Source: Balanoglossus misakiensis
Lineage: Eukaryota; Animalia; Hemichordata
Assembly (NCBI GenBank): GCA_040954595.2
Contig: CM082580.2
Location: forward strand, 3,958,783-4,022,782
Reading direction: 5' to 3'
Length of the DNA: 64,000 bases
Shown: positions 61,636-64,000 of the stretch, piece by piece
Layout: every line of letters begins with the position of its first letter
How positions within the stretch are numbered: the stretch's first letter is position 1
Made by a program: the position numbers and the translations under genes
Notes under the pieces: model-generated
Database searches by the model: none
The model's input: only the letters and a program-made list of their open reading frames with translations
Told to the model about the DNA's origin: nothing

Positions 61636-64000
61636 TTAAACAACTTATGCAACTCAAGTTGTAATTTTTGATTTACCAAAGATGTTCATGTTAGCTGAGT
61701 CTGGACAAACAGTTGAAATTCATAGTGTAGAAAACACTTCAGTGGTGATGATTATACTTTTTTGTTGACGCAGTACTACCATCTAGTGCCTGTGTATGAG
61801 TGTATCAGAGTGCTTTCTTTCTCATCCCATACTGGTGGTTTTTTTTTCTCAGTGCATTTAATACTTGATTAGTGATTTAATGCAAATGTTAGCATTCTTG
61901 TTAGCATTCATGTGACATTGTTAGCATTCACGCTAGCATTCACATTACATTGTTAGCATTCATGTTAGACCCCATAAAATCAGTGGCATGGCAGGCTGCC
62001 AACATCAAACCTGAACTTTCACCGAGTGAAACCAAATCAAAATGTTAAACTAAAATTATCATTATAGTCAAGGAATTGTGATGTTTACTGTAAAATGTTA
62101 AACTCAGCAATTTAAGTGTCCCAACAACTTTTATTACATGTATGTTGCAAATTGAGGTTTCTTGTTGAATGTGGCGGGGAAAAACCTCTTTTAAGAAAGC
62201 CAAGAGTCATTAAGAAAATTGTAACCAGATGTGCACTGAATATGTTCCCATGCTTGGACGTTTGTGTCATTATTAGCTTTGGAAAGTGAACCAGTACAGT
62301 GACAGTGTATTCTGATTGGCAAATTTCAATAAATTTTGACACAGTAATTGTACAAATATATATTATATATAGCCAGACAGAGAGACAATCAGACAGAAAT
62401 TTGTAGGACATTAATATTCCAGGGCCTTTGTTTTGCATGGGGGCTAATCTTGTTTATTAAGTTCAGCATGCTTACCTTATAGCTGAGCACATGTGACTTC
62501 AAGTATATTCCAAAATGGTAGTTACAACAGAACTATATCTTTCCAAATCATTGTTGAACATTCTGGTTCAGGCCATTGCCAAAGATGTAACCACAAAATG
62601 TATACAAAACATTGATGGTTTGTTGAGTTTAGACAAAGAGAGAGAGAGAGGGAAGCCAAGCATTGTAACAAACTCTATGAAGATGTTAAAGTTGGAAAAC
62701 ATCTTTTGCCAATTTTTGATACTCATCACCAATTCTTGGTCAGTTCTATACATTTACATGTGGTACACTGTGTTGTATCGTATTATAAACTATATTTACG
62801 ACCTCTATCAGTGTTATGTACCATTACTTACGTTTACTCAGAATATTTTCTCAGATTCTTGTGTGTATCTGCTCAAACATTGCTAATTACTTTCATTAGA
62901 TAGCATGACATTTAACCAAATATCACAGTATGTGTACAATATAGCTGTTTGGGTTTGTTTATTCATCAATTTGTTTATTTCTATTTACTCTATGTACCTA
63001 AACAATCCGTTTTAATATGTATATAATTGCTGAATAAGTATGGAGTATGTATACTATATGTATGTACATAATTTTAATAATTTTCTAACTGCTTTTCTCT
63101 GCCATTGAGATTCTATGATGATATCTGGCGTAATACAATATATATCTTGGCTGGTCCATGTTTTCTACAACTCAATAACTGAATTCTTTGAGTATTATCT
63201 AAAATTTTAAAATTATACATTGCAGATATTGATTTTAACAAAGCATGCTACAGTAGCAAAAGTTATTTACATTATCAGTTTGAAAGTGTTTTGATTCTTA
63301 TATGGAGGAACTCTGAAGTAAGCCAGCTACAATCTTGTTTATTTTTGCACAATCTGCGAATACAAAAACATCAAACAGACTTAGGCCAATTAAGTAAGTA
63401 AGTTTCTTTGTTTCAGATTATTTTCTAACCATGACCTCTAGTGTAAATGAAAGTAGTTGTACTGACTATCATTGTTTGCATGAAACTTTTTAATATTTAC
63501 TTTTGGTAGAAGTGTCAATTGGCATGCATTGGAATAAAATATATGGTGCAACTGGTTTTTTGGTGTGAGCATTATTTTTTAAAACTTGAATACATCATCT
63601 GCCAATCAATTTAGATTATTTCCATTTCCTTTTTAGCAAATGTTTTGAAAGTAATATTCTTACATTATTTGAGCAAGCCAGAATGTTGGTATCAGAACGG
63701 CCTGAATAACAAAATTTGTAGACCATAGCCAACTTTTGCAATTTCTGGTGTAAAGCAAAACTCAATTTCTATGAAAACTTCACACTGAGAATGAGATGTC
63801 AGCGATGTAGAGCTTATCAGAGAGGGTGATTGTCTGTCATCATCTGTCAACAGTTTTCGTCTTCTCTGAAACCGCTTGTCTGATTACTTTGAAATGTGGA
63901 ATGTAGATTTTTTTAGTTTCTCATGATTCAAAGACTAGAGTCTTTGCTTTCGCTGGAGGTCATTCCATAGTTCATAGATACAGACCATGTACAATGTACA

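Overview
Eukaryotic, AT-rich, intron-dense animal DNA; gene content and repeats suggest a marine invertebrate, possibly a deuterostome (inference only). I assembled four multi-exon genes by hand from splice sites and reading-frame continuity. (1) DNAJC5/cysteine string protein (-), with a probable alternative first exon. (2) A B4GALNT3/4-like PA14 + glycosyltransferase gene (+), with at least one GC-AG intron. (3) PXMP4 (-). (4) A 35-exon, ~1941-aa type I membrane protein (+) with a MAM/SRCR/LDLa/CUB ectodomain and a cytoplasmic tail carrying tyrosine/PPxY motifs, a SAM domain and a U-box. Gene 4 is a candidate receptor-type ubiquitin ligase and is the main finding. Its intron 3 holds a sense-strand minimal hammerhead ribozyme motif. 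Introns contain several MITE families, nested palindromes and microsatellites. All coordinates were read by eye, and no database search was run.
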